Source: Podarcis liolepis
Taxonomy: Eukaryota
Strand: one strand, 5' to 3'
DNA length: 64,000 nt
Assembly (NCBI GenBank): GCA_965112155.1
Contig: OZ218105.1
The position numbers were made by a program, and so were the translations under genes. How positions within the stretch are numbered: position 1 is the stretch's first letter; every line of letters begins with the position of its first letter. Below are positions 40,189-52,683 of the stretch, in pieces. The notes below the pieces were generated by a model. That model made no database searches. It worked only from the letters and a program-made list of their open reading frames with translations, and had not been told where the DNA came from.

Positions 40189-42673
40189 AATTGTTTCATT
40201 TATTTCATTCATGAATTTTGTCCCATGAAACATATTAGCAATAAAAATCCCAGCAATAAAAACATCTGTAAATGCAGTTTCTAGTCTGATGCAGATAGCC
40301 ACACATCATATGCTCAAAACAAGTTGTTAAAAAAGTATTTTATTTTTTCTTTTCATGATTACAAATCAATGAAACAAAACCAAACAGAAGGAAATGTTTT
40401 ATTAGTAGTTCATTTATGAGTTTAAACAACTAGATGTCTTTGAGTCACAAAACACTACAAAGAGCCACAAACATAATTGAAAATGAAATAAATATTTAGA
40501 TTGTTTGATCTGGTATTTTAAACCTCAGTATTTATAAAATATATAATACTTTATATTACATTTGCTCTGTCATTTCCCCCAACCACAAATTAAAACTCAT
40601 GAAATATTATCAATGTACAAAGCAATGAGAATAAGCCAAAATCAGATAATTTTAAGGCCTGGGGAAAAATAGCTGATACGATTTTATTACTCTATGTCAA
40701 GATTGTGCATCTGCTGCAAAAATAGTCATTTCCCCAACCAATATATACATATTTTACTTAGAATTATATCTTAAAGCAAGTGTAGAATATACCATAAAAT
40801 ATAGAAATAAAGTTGATCTGCATTTTGTTCTGAGGGATTGTTACTCACTTGAAGTTAGGTTTGGAACATTTAGAGTGGCTCAAAGTTTCAAATCCTATTT
40901 CTAAAAAGGTCATAGATTATTACTGTAAACCAGGCATCGATTGTTCAAATTGTTTTGAGCCACACTTTGGCTGAAATCCTGTGCTCAGTTACATTCATGC
41001 AAGTCCAATTTAATTCAAGAGGAGTTATGCACAGGCAAACCTGCTCAGTATTTTAGTCTGGGGCTCTCAAGATCACCACATGTTCTATGATGGCCTCCAT
41101 GCCAAAACGAAGAAAGCAGATAGATACATGTACACTGTTATCTGGGAATACAAATTTAATGCTTGAAATGAATTTGGCAACTCCAGTGGATATTGGAGCT
41201 CATGCATCAGTTAGTATTACACAGCTGGGGTGCCTGTTTGCAGAATCAAAATGATAAAAAAAACAAAAAAACATTTTCCGCAATTTCAATAAATGGGTTT
41301 TGGCCATAATGAAATCTCTGGTCACTTCCACAAGGATTTCATTTCCTAAGACTGGCCAGTTTCTTTCTCCATGAAGACTAAATACTTTTTGTTATCTAGA
41401 ACATGATTCATGGAAGCCTTTAAAAGCATGCACAATATTATTCCTATTGATGGAAGTCATTACAACACATGCATGGAGTTACACATGTATTCAAATGCTT
41501 TGCCAGCATAGGAATGAGGCCCCCCTCCCCCAGACATTTTTAAAACCACCTTCATGTGCCCTGTGCTCCATTAATGTCTTTTATGGATGCATACCAAAAA
41601 AAGAATAAGTTCTAAAGTGGAACATATGCATGCAGATAATTTATTCAAATCTACCTATCTTGATTTCCTTTGCAATTTTCAGTTAGGGACTTCAAAATCT
41701 TTAGGCACCGATTCCTTTCACTCCTCTAAGTAAAACAATACAGCTTGAGATGTAATCATGAAGATTGCTGGTTATGAGTGATTCTGAAAAGTTCAAGAGA
41801 GGCTACAATTCCCATCATTACCTATACTAAAGCACACTGAGTTATCTGATCAATACTTGATGGAACACGGTTTATTAGAACAATGCCTTGACTCTTCAGA
41901 GGATAATATTCAATTTGTGTTTTGTGAGTTGTTCTTGAAGCAGAATAATGTGTGGCATTTGCATTTTACAAATTGTACATATCAATTTAGATTGATATGG
42001 CAAAACAACCCCCAGGTTTCAAGTTAAGCTATTATCATTGAGATAGCTCTATCTAAATAGACTTGGATCCAAAGGCTGCATATGCACCATGGCTTTCCAG
42101 TCCATTTCCCACTGGACCCTTTCCAGCCCCTTCCCCTTTCTGCTTCCCCACAAAAGCTGTCTTGAGAACTGGGGAACCCTCTAGAGCAATATATGATGCT
42201 TCAGGGGGAAGGGGTGGGGGAGGAAAAACAGGCAGTCAACCTCCCCTGCCCCCATGCAGGAGTCTGCTTTGAGCTCATGCATACTGCTTATTGGATCCTA
42301 GCCTAGTTTTTACACAGAGTTTCTGCTGGCAATGACAACCCCAAAATACGGCTGTGAAACTTATAAAGAACCGTGCCCCATTATATGGAAAAGGATGTTA
42401 ATCTTTCCAGTGCAATATTATCTGCAGGATATTCATAGTCCATATTTTAATTACACACAACTCACAGAGCTTTCATGCAAGTTATTGCATATTCCTGTGG
42501 TCCCAATGTCCTTGGGGCAATAGCTGTCAGATTTTAAGGTTCACAACCCAGCTTTAGCTACATCCAGCAACAGGGGACTCACTTCAATATTTCTAAACCA
42601 TATATGTCTAGCTTCCTGCAATCAGATATAAGGAGAGAAAGCAGGGGACTAATGTACATTTATGTTCGCGCCA

Positions 42674-42803
42674 GGGAAGCTGTGATTCTCCAGATGTTGT
42701 TCAACTCCAGATTCTATCAGCCCCAGACACCATGGCCAATGATAATGAAAGATGGCAGTTGGAGTCTGACAACATCTGCAGGGCCACAGGGTTCCCTGCC
42801 CTG
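42674..42803. mobile_element. Degenerate palindromic hAT MITE related to 12797-12932
   Basis: ctccagatgttgttcaactcca...tggagtctgacaacatctgcagggccacagg. Confidence 0.55.
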
Positions 42804-42943
42804 ATTTAAGTGTTGAACAACAAGATGAAATTTTTGTAGATGTAGTTTCCTCATGTAGTGATGAAAATAGATGCTCTTGATGAAGTTCCCCATTCTATAA
42901 AAGGGGTCATTTGTTGTAACCAAATACACTATTTTTTTCTCCT

Positions 42944-42946
<3 letters not shown>

Positions 42947-42987
<41 letters not shown>
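42947..42987. repeat. (CA)n microsatellite
   Basis: Visible dinucleotide run. Confidence 0.97.
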
Positions 42988-42989
<2 letters not shown>

Positions 42990-45281
42990 TGGTGGTGTCA
43001 CTGCTGTGACCCACATTTGGTCAGGATATGACTCATCAGTTGTAGACCAAAGTTCTCAGGAATGCGCATACTCAGGGCGTTCTTTATCATATTCCCTGGC
43101 AACAGGTGGTGTTAACTTAAAAATCACCCAACAGATTTTAACCCTTTTCTAAGTTGTTGAGGGTTTTTTTTAATAATCACAGGGCATGAGCCAATACACT
43201 GGGAGCTACTGCCTGGAAAAGCTAAAAAGACACAACAAGCAATGGCACAGCTCTGGCCCATATGGACCTCAGGATTGCAGTTAGATTCACATATCATATT
43301 ATATATAATGTTGAACTGCTATATTTAGAGGTGCCACCAGAATTTAGTCCAGTTGACAATCTCTTACTGGAATTAGCTTAAAAAATTATGTATTAAGCAT
43401 CACCAAACTGTAAACTGAATTACCACATGCATAGTATCTTCAGGATATTCTGGGCCACACGATTGCAAACAATATGTAAAAAGCAGACTCTCTCATGATT
43501 CTGCCATGGCACTTTGCATTATATGAATGGATGCTTTCACAAAATGAGTGCAATCACCCCCCTTAACTCACTTACACCAGTCAGAGCTATAGCTTGAGAA
43601 TAGAACACATTTTTCATACAAAAGGTCTAAGGAGCCATCCCTGCCATCTCCAGCTAAATAGATCTCTGGTAGCAAGGCCTTGAAGCTACCTGACTCAACA
43701 TAAGTCACATTCTTACTTCATATGAGTGACCACATGTATTTAAAAATAAGAATCTTGAGTTCTACTTTTCTGTGTTAGAAGCTTTTCTTGAAGATGCATT
43801 TGTTATGGTACCAAAAATAGTTTTAATGAATACCTTGAGTTCAGCAGCTTCCTCATTTTTTTAGTAGTTTCTAAAGAAAACCACAGCATTTAAAATAATA
43901 ATAATCAAAGGGTGAACTTATCACATCCATACTTGCCTCCCAAAGACAGGTACAAATAAATAAGGCAGCCCTAATGATGCCAGATATCTAAGCTGCCACA
44001 AAGTAGCCATTATTGTTTGAAAAATACAACTACATGATTCATCTCCTAATGATATAGCAGACCCATTTGTAATCTGTGTTATCTTTTGGTCTGTTATAGT
44101 TTCAAGAATTTTGCTTTTGGCTTCAGAAAGTAGGCAGTTTAGTTGCCATTATGAGAAGCTATTAGTATGAGGATTACTGTAATAGTGTAGCAAGACTGAT
44201 ACTTTTAAGGCACAATCATGATCATTCCCATTAATGAGTGCTAATCCCCACATCAGCTTCAAAGTGAGCAAGTGACTTGACTATTCTTAAGTGCATGAGA
44301 AGTAAAAGCAACCATGTACTTTGCTTGCCATCGATTCTACTGAAGTCAGCAGGCAAAATTTTGCTATTGACTTCAGGCTCTAATGCCAACCGTTCAGATC
44401 TCTCCAGTGTCACATTTTCACAACAGAGCCTTTAGATTACATGGAGTACTTGGAATACCTTGGTTCCTAGCTTAGTGAATTCAAATATGCCACCTTGTAC
44501 AAGATTCATCTTGTATCACTATACTCTCACACATATTACTTTGAATTTGTAACTGGAAACAATATTGAATAGATTTATGAATTGGATTTGATGCACAAAT
44601 TGGCAATGTGATATGTGTGTGTGGTCTTTTGAGATGCTTAGGTCACATCCTGGCTGAAACTCTGGATTTTAAAATATTACTGACTCTATTGCATGATTCT
44701 CAACATGCTGCATGCTAATGAAGGATCCACAGAACCATGATACTAGTTATGTGAATTCAATACATATTATCATATTCATTTAAACATCCTGCCTTTCCTT
44801 CAAAGCCCAAGTTGATGAGTTGAAACATTTGAGCCTGGGATTGGCTCCAAGAGCCTGTTTGGTGGGCAGGGGAATGATATATCTTATGTGAGCAGGGAAA
44901 ACTGTGTGTGTGTTGCATGCTTGATTCACTGGTATGAGCTAGCACAGTGTTAATTGGATCCCACCATGATTTATTAAATATTACCCCCCAGACAAGCTTC
45001 CTATGAAGTTCTAATATAATGCTTGCAATTAGTGACTCATTCTTAAGGATAGTTTGGACCAAGTAACATCAAATGTAGTCACCGTTTCCTTCTTAACCTT
45101 AGTTATTTCCTTCAAAGCTAATTTCAGCAAGAACGACAAATTATTGAGTGATTAGTTCATAAAAATATTGCACAGGGATAGTTAAGTAGCAGCAGATTAC
45201 CATCCTGGTATAAAATGTATATGTGCTACATGTATATGCGAAATGAAAACTGTCAGTTACAAGCTTCAGTTTAAGATAGTA

Positions 45282-45510
45282 CAGTGGAACCTTGGTTCCC
45301 AAACTTAAGTCTGTTCAATTCCTGAAACAGTTCAGGAATCAAGGTGCGGTTTCTGATTGCCCGCAGCAGCTTCCTGCAGCCAATCAGAAGCCGCACCGGG
45401 TGTTTGCCTTCCAAATAATGTTTGAAAACCAGAACAGTTACTTCCGGTTTTCATTTGTTCAGGAGCCGGAATGTTAGCTCCCTGGGTGTTCGGGAGCCAA
45501 GATTCCATTG
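45282..45510. mobile_element. Tc1/mariner (Tigger-like) MITE, related family
   Basis: TIR cagtggaaccttggttccc / gggagccaagattccattg, TA TSDs, internal hairpin gcggtttctgattg...caatcagaagccgc. Confidence 0.8.
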
Positions 45511-48033
45511 TATAGCATTGGCCCATCTCATTTTATCCCCTGAACACATGGGCAATGGGACTTTTAAAATTCATGCCCCAAAGAAAACTCCAGCAAAGCA
45601 ACTTACAGTAAGAGGGACAGAGATGAGGCAACTTTTCTGGAAAGTAAATATAAAAAGGACTCTCTGCATGTATAGATCTCAAATCTCCCTGAACAGTTCT
45701 GCAGAAAAGGCAGAGATGGACAACCCTTATTTCTGTTGAGGGCCATTTTGTCTCAGGGGTAATATATTGGAGACTGCATGCTGGTAGTGGATGGGACTGC
45801 AGCCACCAATGGGGAAACTGGAGCCAAGAGTGGGTGGAGCCAACTCCCCTTCCCTCCCTTTTGGCCACTATTTTCTCTCTCTCTCCTTCTGTTACCTCAT
45901 TTCCCACTGGATTGTTCCCCTTTCCCCAACTTGTATGAAATTATCCATGATGCCTATCCTTGGTGTAAGGGCAATGGGGAACAATCTGCATGGTTGAAAA
46001 TACTTATTTGCATTGATTTGAATCTGGCTTATACACATAATTGTGATCTGGATTGTACTCGATGCAAAACTAAACTCATTTCAGAGAGAGAGAGAGAGAG
46101 AATGAGAGAATATTTCCTAATAGCTCTTTGGAACCTTATCAGTGTTATATACACTGTACATATATAGTAGATCAAATTTTACACTTTCTCTAGATTCATC
46201 ATTAAAATACAATTCTTAAAAATACAGGTAAAGCATATTACCCTTTTCAGACATTTTACAGATGAAATCAGTGCATGTGGGAGGGGTTATATCTCAGCGG
46301 AAGGCTCTGCTTTCCAATGTATGAGTGTTTCTTATACTATCTGAAAAGACCCCAGTGCATACAAAGAGGGCTCTCTTATAATATTAGGGCATGCTGCTTT
46401 TCCAGAGTTGCTGAACAGATGAAGAATCCTCTGCTTTTACAACTGTATGTATGGAGGTCTTTGCAAATGGTACAATGAATACATGAACAATGGAGGCAGA
46501 GCCTGCTGGCCTCATACATAAAATATCTCAAAAGGGCTTATTGTCTTACCCTGTGGGCTAGTTTTACATGACACAACACTGAATGCCATTTTAAGAGTTT
46601 GCTAAAACTTTCCAAGTTCCACTTCAAAAATTGGGATGTTCCATTTAACCTACAAGAAAGCTTGCTTTTTCGTAAGGTCATTTTTAACAGCTGTTAATTA
46701 AAATACCAAAGAGTAAATGAATTCTATTTCTTGGTTTCCTGTTGGTAATATGAAAATCAAATTTAAAAGTGAAGCCTTGTGCGACCTTTATTGTGCCTGT
46801 AACAAAATATAATACTTGGGATTTGAGAACAAAGCCTGGCAGATTAAAAGACACTTCCCTATAAAACTGAATAATAAAAGACATAATTAAACAGGTTTAA
46901 CATTGGTTTTGTAATTCATTCATAATTAAAACAATTCTGAATGTTAACAGATTTTTACTAACAACGGAGAATCTGTATGTAGAAAGAAAGCAAAGGGAAA
47001 AGGGGAAAAGGTTTTGTTGGCTTAAGACCATGATCCTCAAACAACAATTTCTGGGTAGTTCTAATAAGGTCAATGGAATTACTCCAGAATTGAGGCCTAG
47101 GTCTCACAAAAACAGGTGAACCTGTGTTTAGTCTCTACCACTTTAGGCTCTGAGGTGAAGGCTCATCAAGATATGATGATTCTCCATGAAAAATATTCAC
47201 ACAGAAAGAAAATTAGCATGTCATGTTGAAGGCTATGCTGCCACCATTCATGATCACATTGAGTTCGCTACATGCCGTGATTCCTCCCTCCCCATGTGCA
47301 GTAGTGGCTGGTGCAGCAGCATGTGGTGGCTGTGTGCGCTGTATTTCTGACTTGGTTTCCCTAAGTCATGCATCTCTACTGGTTACTGGGTAGGGAGTGG
47401 CAAGGCAGCAAGGAGCAGGGGTGGTGTAAGAGCAGCAGCGAAGGCAATCCAACATACCCAGCACTATGCCTGCACCACCCTGAGCTCTCTGCTGCCTTGC
47501 CCCCCCCCCCTCTGCTGGCTGCTACTGCCTGTATCACAGAACACTGAATTTTGTGAGCCCCAAACTGCAATTTGAGAATTACAGAATTTCCACCTCATTT
47601 GCTGTTCATGAGAGCAAGAGCTAAGTGGCTTAAGTACTATAGGCTTCAATAGCAGATGGCTTCATTATGCTTATATTTCCTTTTTAAAAACATGTTGACC
47701 TAATATGGCTATACTATTATCATTATGATAATGGGATGGAACCAAAATTAAGAATGAAGATGATTCTATGTCAAAAGGGCACAAATATGAATTTGCAACA
47801 GTACTTAAGGTGCTTTCTTTTCTAAGGAGATACAGTAGCATCTTTTTGCATTCACTTCCTTGTTGCTACACACTGATCCCTCTTTGCTTGACATTTATAG
47901 TCTAGCAAGAGGAAATTAGTTCTGATCCAGAACTTGGTAGGTTGTCATATAAAAACATCTGGAAAGAAAATGTCTATTATTATGGAGATTTGAAAATTGT
48001 ATTAAATACTTAAGTGCAGCACTGTGTCATTCG

Positions 48034-48039
48034 TTTATT
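48034..48039 (-). terminator. Candidate proximal polyadenylation signal AATAAA of SNTG1
   Basis: tttatt on the + strand, about 285 nt downstream of the stop codon. A more distal AATAAA is at 46787-46792. Confidence 0.5.
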
Positions 48040-48323
48040 TCTGTTTCTTTTGTTTCCAGTGTCATTCAAAACACAATCAGATTATACTAGAAAAGCATCT
48101 TCATCCACCTCAGAGATTTCTGCTTGGATTATGTACTGATGCCTTGTAAAATTGAGACTTAATTCATGATCCCATGTGACCATACTCTGCTGACAACTGC
48201 CACTTGTCTCTTGAGTCAGATCTCTTGCTTGCTGTTTGTTCTCCGAGAGACCTGTCTGATGAATGTTTCGTATACGTAGTCTCATGTACTCCTGGAAAGT
48301 GGCAAGTGCAGAAATAGGAGCCA

Positions 48324-48518
48324 TCAAGTCGTATACTTCAATTTGCTAGTGCCAGAAGATGTAGCAACAGCAGCACCAGTAGCAGCAGCAGCAGTAACAG
48401 CAGTAGCAGCAGCTGTGGCCTGACTGCCAACATAGAGTGGGTCCAAACAAGCCACTTTGGCCGCAAAGAAGGAGTGGATACAATGCAGGACTGCAAACAG
48501 GTTGGAAAATTCCAACTC
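48324..48518 (-). CDS. SNTG1: Gamma-1-syntrophin, terminal coding exon (ELEFSNLFAVLHCIHSFFAAKVACLDPLYVGSQATAAATAVTAAAATGAAVATSSGTSKLKYTT*)
   Basis: Acceptor ...ttctttgctttcactttcAG|GAG at 48519-48520, in phase with the previous exon. Peptide matches the recalled SNTG1 C-terminus (ELEFSNLFAVLHCIHSFFAAKVACLDPL...KYTT). TGA at 48324-48326. Confidence 0.95.
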   Translation of the reverse strand, partial: ELEFSNLFAVLHCIHSFFAAKVACLDPLYVGSQATAAATAVTAAAATGAAVATSSGTSKLKYTT

Positions 48519-51256
48519 CTGAAAGTGAAAGCAAAGAAGTCAAAGGTAAGATTAGGCCACTTTTTCATCTTCCACAGCACACCCAGCACTCTGTTGTAGA
48601 GACAATCTAACAGAGGTTTAACCAAGTCAAGGATGGTCATCCATCACTGCGGAAAGCTGCAGCGTTTGTTGGCCAATGAAGAAACACCTTCTTTGGATAA
48701 CATGCACTCAAATATTTGAGTGGAATGCTACAGCAATTTTATATTGGACGTCTGTGACAATGAATGCTAGAAACTAAGCCATGACTTAGCATGGAAAAGA
48801 AAATTTGTTGAAGAACTAGAAAGAAGAAAGTTAAATTCACGGTTTCTTTATTTCTACAATCCATGGGCTAACTCATCCCCCTGCCCCTCTGGTAAGTAGA
48901 GAAGGATAAAAGGAAGTGGAAACCACTCAATGGGCTTGAACTGGCCACAACATTATTGAAAGAACATGAAAAATGGGCATGTGGGGTGGGAATTAAGCTA
49001 TTATGAGGAAAATTAGGCATAAGAAGGTTCCTGAGCTGAGCTACTTGTACCCGTCTGCTCCTTGTACACTGCTCCTTGTATCCCACCTTTATCCTGAATC
49101 ATAGCCCATTCACAAGCTGCTCCATTCTTGTGACCATTCTGCTTTTTCCCATTGCAGTCAACATTAACTTTTTGCTCTCCCAACACAGGTGACATTTTCC
49201 AGTTCTACACTGGTCCTTGTGCCATCTGGAGTGATCAACCTACCTTGGATCCTTTCCTCTTTACACAGGTAAGCATAAGGTCTTAATATTTCTTACCACA
49301 TTCCCATGATAAAGCTTGCAGCCTCCTTCCACTAACTAAGCAAATCCCATTTTCCCTAAAGAGGTGGGACCTTCCTTTTGCAATGCTGAGTTTCCTGATA
49401 ACCATGCCGAGCCACAGTCTTGCTCACAGCTGTTATCCTTCCTTCTGGTTCTGTCTGTCCCAGCGGGGATCAAAGCCCCTGACCAAACCCTCCTGGGCAG
49501 CATTTGCAGCCATGTTACTTCAACCCTCGGGAAGAATTGCCTAATGGTGCCCATTCCATTTGTGACCTTGATGGTCAAAAAGCTTGTAGAGGACATTCTG
49601 AATAAGGAGGATTACTAGAACCTGGGGATGCTGCTTATCTCTTCCCATAGAGATGGAAAGCCACATTCAGTGGATGGCATCTAAGTCATACACAGAGTTG
49701 GAACCACTTCAATGGAACTGACTAACCTAAGCTTATTGATTTAAATCAGTTTAAGTTTAATATGACTTAGTTGGATACAAACCAGTGTTTTGAGATTTCT
49801 ACCATCCTAGTGCAAAATGTTCTAACTGTTAAGCCATGTTTTATGACACGGTAGGCTACTATTTTCAGAATAAAAATATCCTGCTGCATGTACACTACAG
49901 CCACTAACTACAATTTAGCATGTACCAGGTCCATGATGATTTCCTGCAAATTAAGTTAACTTCATGTTACAAGTTAGGAAAATTAAAGTGGTTAGACGCT
50001 TTTTATGAAGTTCCCTGTTGAGTTATGTAAGAACGAGCGAGTTCATCCATTTTCTTGGATAGGCAAGCACTAGGATTGAAACAAAAGAGAAAGGGAGGTT
50101 TCTTCCCGCTCTGAGCAGAGCCAATAGAATCTAGAATATTGCTGTACCTACATTTCCCAATCTGCCTTGACGTCTAAAAAGGGGGAAAGGCATTATCTTT
50201 TCTTAAAGGGGCAGAATTATTCCTTCTACATAATACTAATACACAAATTTGCTATCACTAAATAACTGACCCCTATGGGGGCAGAACAATGCTAATACTT
50301 AGGCTTACAACATACTTTGGTTGTTAATCTAGTATAGTCTGGTACCTTTTCACAAATTATGACACTGAATATTATTACTACAACAACTATCAGCAATGTA
50401 TGATTTGGATTGCATCTGACTGAAGTCATATTGAATACTGGAAGCATTAAAATCAATGGATAGTACTATTATCCCCACATAGCACTGGAGACACAGACAC
50501 CAGCCTACGTAAAGGCCATCTAACCATGGCTGGTCAAGAATTGAGCCAGAAACTCACACATGACACTGTCAGTCATTGCAGCACACTGGATTTCAGCATT
50601 AATAGCTACTAGAATCCTTTAGGAAATTGTGATCATGTCACAATTCTATTACTTTCCCCATATTTTCCAACATTGGCAAGAGATCACTGTGGGATGAGGT
50701 GAGGATATCATCAATATGCTGATGACATAAAACAGGTCAAGGTGAACCATTTTTCAAAACTTGCTTTTGACTATGACTGTTATTGATAATGGTATTGTAT
50801 ATTTTATGGGGTGGGGTTGTAAACCCCTTAGAGCAGGGGTAGTCAACCTTTTTATACCTACCACCCACTAATGCATCTTTCTTGATGGTAAAATTTCCTT
50901 ATGGCCCACCAGTGCAGTGAAGCATAGTGTCCCCAAAACAAATACAATTTTAAAAGGCTGATTTTGAGCTTTCAAAAACAGCATTATAGAAAGCTATCTT
51001 TTTTCAAAAAAATCTTTACAATGAAAGGGCGAGGAATACAAACTAAGCAATGAAGCATGATGCTGCTGTATTTCTATAATGCACTTGGTAATTCGTAATT
51101 AAGGCTGCATTGTAAACAATGCCAAAATTTGGCTAGCTTTCTTGCTTTTCACCATAAATAGTACACTAATGAGTGTGACATTCTCAAGGAGCATTTCACA
51201 TTTCTTCCTGATTTTTACTAATGTGTGCTTTTAATATACAGTGGTACCTCAGGTTA

Positions 51257-52010
51257 CCGTATTTTTCGCCCTATAGGACGCACTTCCCCCCCTCCAAAAA
51301 TGAAGGGGAAATGTGTGTGCGTCCTATGGGGCGAATGCAGGCTTTCGCTGAAGCCTGGAGAGCGAGAGGGGTTGGTGCGCACCGACCCCTCTCCCTCTCC
51401 AGGCTTCAGGAAGCTATCCGCAAGCCGTGGGAGCCCGCAGGAGTTCCCCCGGGCTCCCACGGCTTGGGCAGAGCTGCCTGCACCCCGAAGCCCCGGCTCG
51501 CTGAGCAGTCGCACCGGGGCTTCGGGTAGCTCTGCGCAAGCCGCGGGAGGGCTCCCCCGGCTTGCGCAGAGCTGCCTCTTATCCCGACGCCCCGGCGCGC
51601 TAAGCAGTCACGCCGGGGGTTTGGGTACCTCTGCGCAAGCCGCGGAAGGGCTCCCCCAGCTTGTGCAGAGCTGCCTCTTATCCTGAAGCTACCCGAAGCA
51701 ACTGCTGAGCGCGCCGGGGCTTCAGGATAAGAGGCAGCACTGTGCAAGCCGGGGGAGCCCTCCCGTGGCTTGCGCAGCGCTGCCTCTTATCCCGATGCCC
51801 CGGCGCGCTGAGCAGTCATGCCAGGGCTTCGGGTAGCTCTGCGCAAGCCGCAGGAGGGCTCCCACGGCTTGCAGAGAGCAGCCTGTTCTGGGGGCTGGGG
51901 CAGCCTCGCACCTTGGGGGGGAAATATATATTTTTTTCCTTTATTCCCCCCCCCAAAAAAACCTAGGTGCGCCTTATGGGCCGGTGCGCCCTATGGGGCA
52001 AAAAATACGG
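51257..52010 (+). mobile_element. Tc2-like MITE (guest 1, 754 bp) with GC-rich internal hairpin minisatellite
   Basis: TIR ccgtatttttcgccctatagg / cctatggggcaaaaaatacgg; TA TSD at 51255-51256 and 52011-52012. Confidence 0.9.
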
Positions 52011-52166
52011 TACATACGCTTCAGGTTACAGACTCCACTAACCCAGAAATAGTGCTTCAGGTTAAGAACTTTGCTTCAGGATGGGCACAGAAATCGTGCT
52101 CCAGTGGCATTAGCTAAAGTGGTGGTTCAGGTTAAGAACGGACCTCCGGAACAAATTAAGTACTTA

Positions 52167-52683
52167 CCGTATTTTTCGCCCTATGGGACGCACTGGCCCA
52201 TAGGACGCACCTCGGTTTTTTGTGGGGGGGAATGAATGAAAAAAAATATCCCCCCCCCAGCCGCGGGCTTCCCCTGACCCCAGCCCCCAGAACAGGCTGC
52301 TATCCGCAAGCCTCGCGGACACGGCGCCCCGCGCTCCGGGAAGCAAGCTGCTATCCGCAGCCTAAAGAGCCCTGCGGGAACTTCCGCAGGGCTGCCTAGG
52401 CTGCGGATGTCTTCCCAAGCACTGGGTGCTCTGCTTTCAGCGTGCCCCGTGCTCCAGGAAGCAGGCTGCTATCCACACTAGAGAGCCCTGCGGGAACTCC
52501 CGTGGGCGCCCCAGGCTTGCTGATAGCTTCCTGAAGCCTGGAGAGCGAGAGGGGTCGGTGCGTACTGACCCCTCTCGCTCTCCAAGCTTCAACAAAAGCC
52601 TGCATTCGCCCCATAGGACGCACCCAGATTTCCCCTTCATTTTTGGAGGGAGAAAAGTGCGTCCTATAGGGCGAAAAATACGG
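52167..52683 (-). mobile_element. Tc2-like MITE (guest 2, 517 bp), opposite orientation to guest 1
   Basis: TIR ccgtatttttcgccctatggg / cctatagggcgaaaaatacgg; TA TSD at 52165-52166 and 52684-52685. Confidence 0.9.

Noticed and set aside
1-48000. Exons of a neighbouring gene (e.g. PXDNL by human synteny), endogenous viral genes, RNA genes or CRISPR-like arrays
   Set aside because: No recognisable exon, viral ORF, intact tRNA/rRNA or repeat-spacer array seen. tRNA-like boxes all belong to SINEs. Small exons could have been missed by eye.
48060-48545. Apparent + strand exon (tttccAG acceptor, AAG|GTAAG donor) antisense to SNTG1
   Set aside because: All three frames close early. An antisense non-coding exon cannot be excluded but has no other support.
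48338-48640. Poly-Leu and poly-Cys ORFs overlapping the SNTG1 last exon
   Set aside because: Alternative frames of the (GCT)n tract; they start in intron sequence and match no protein I recognise.
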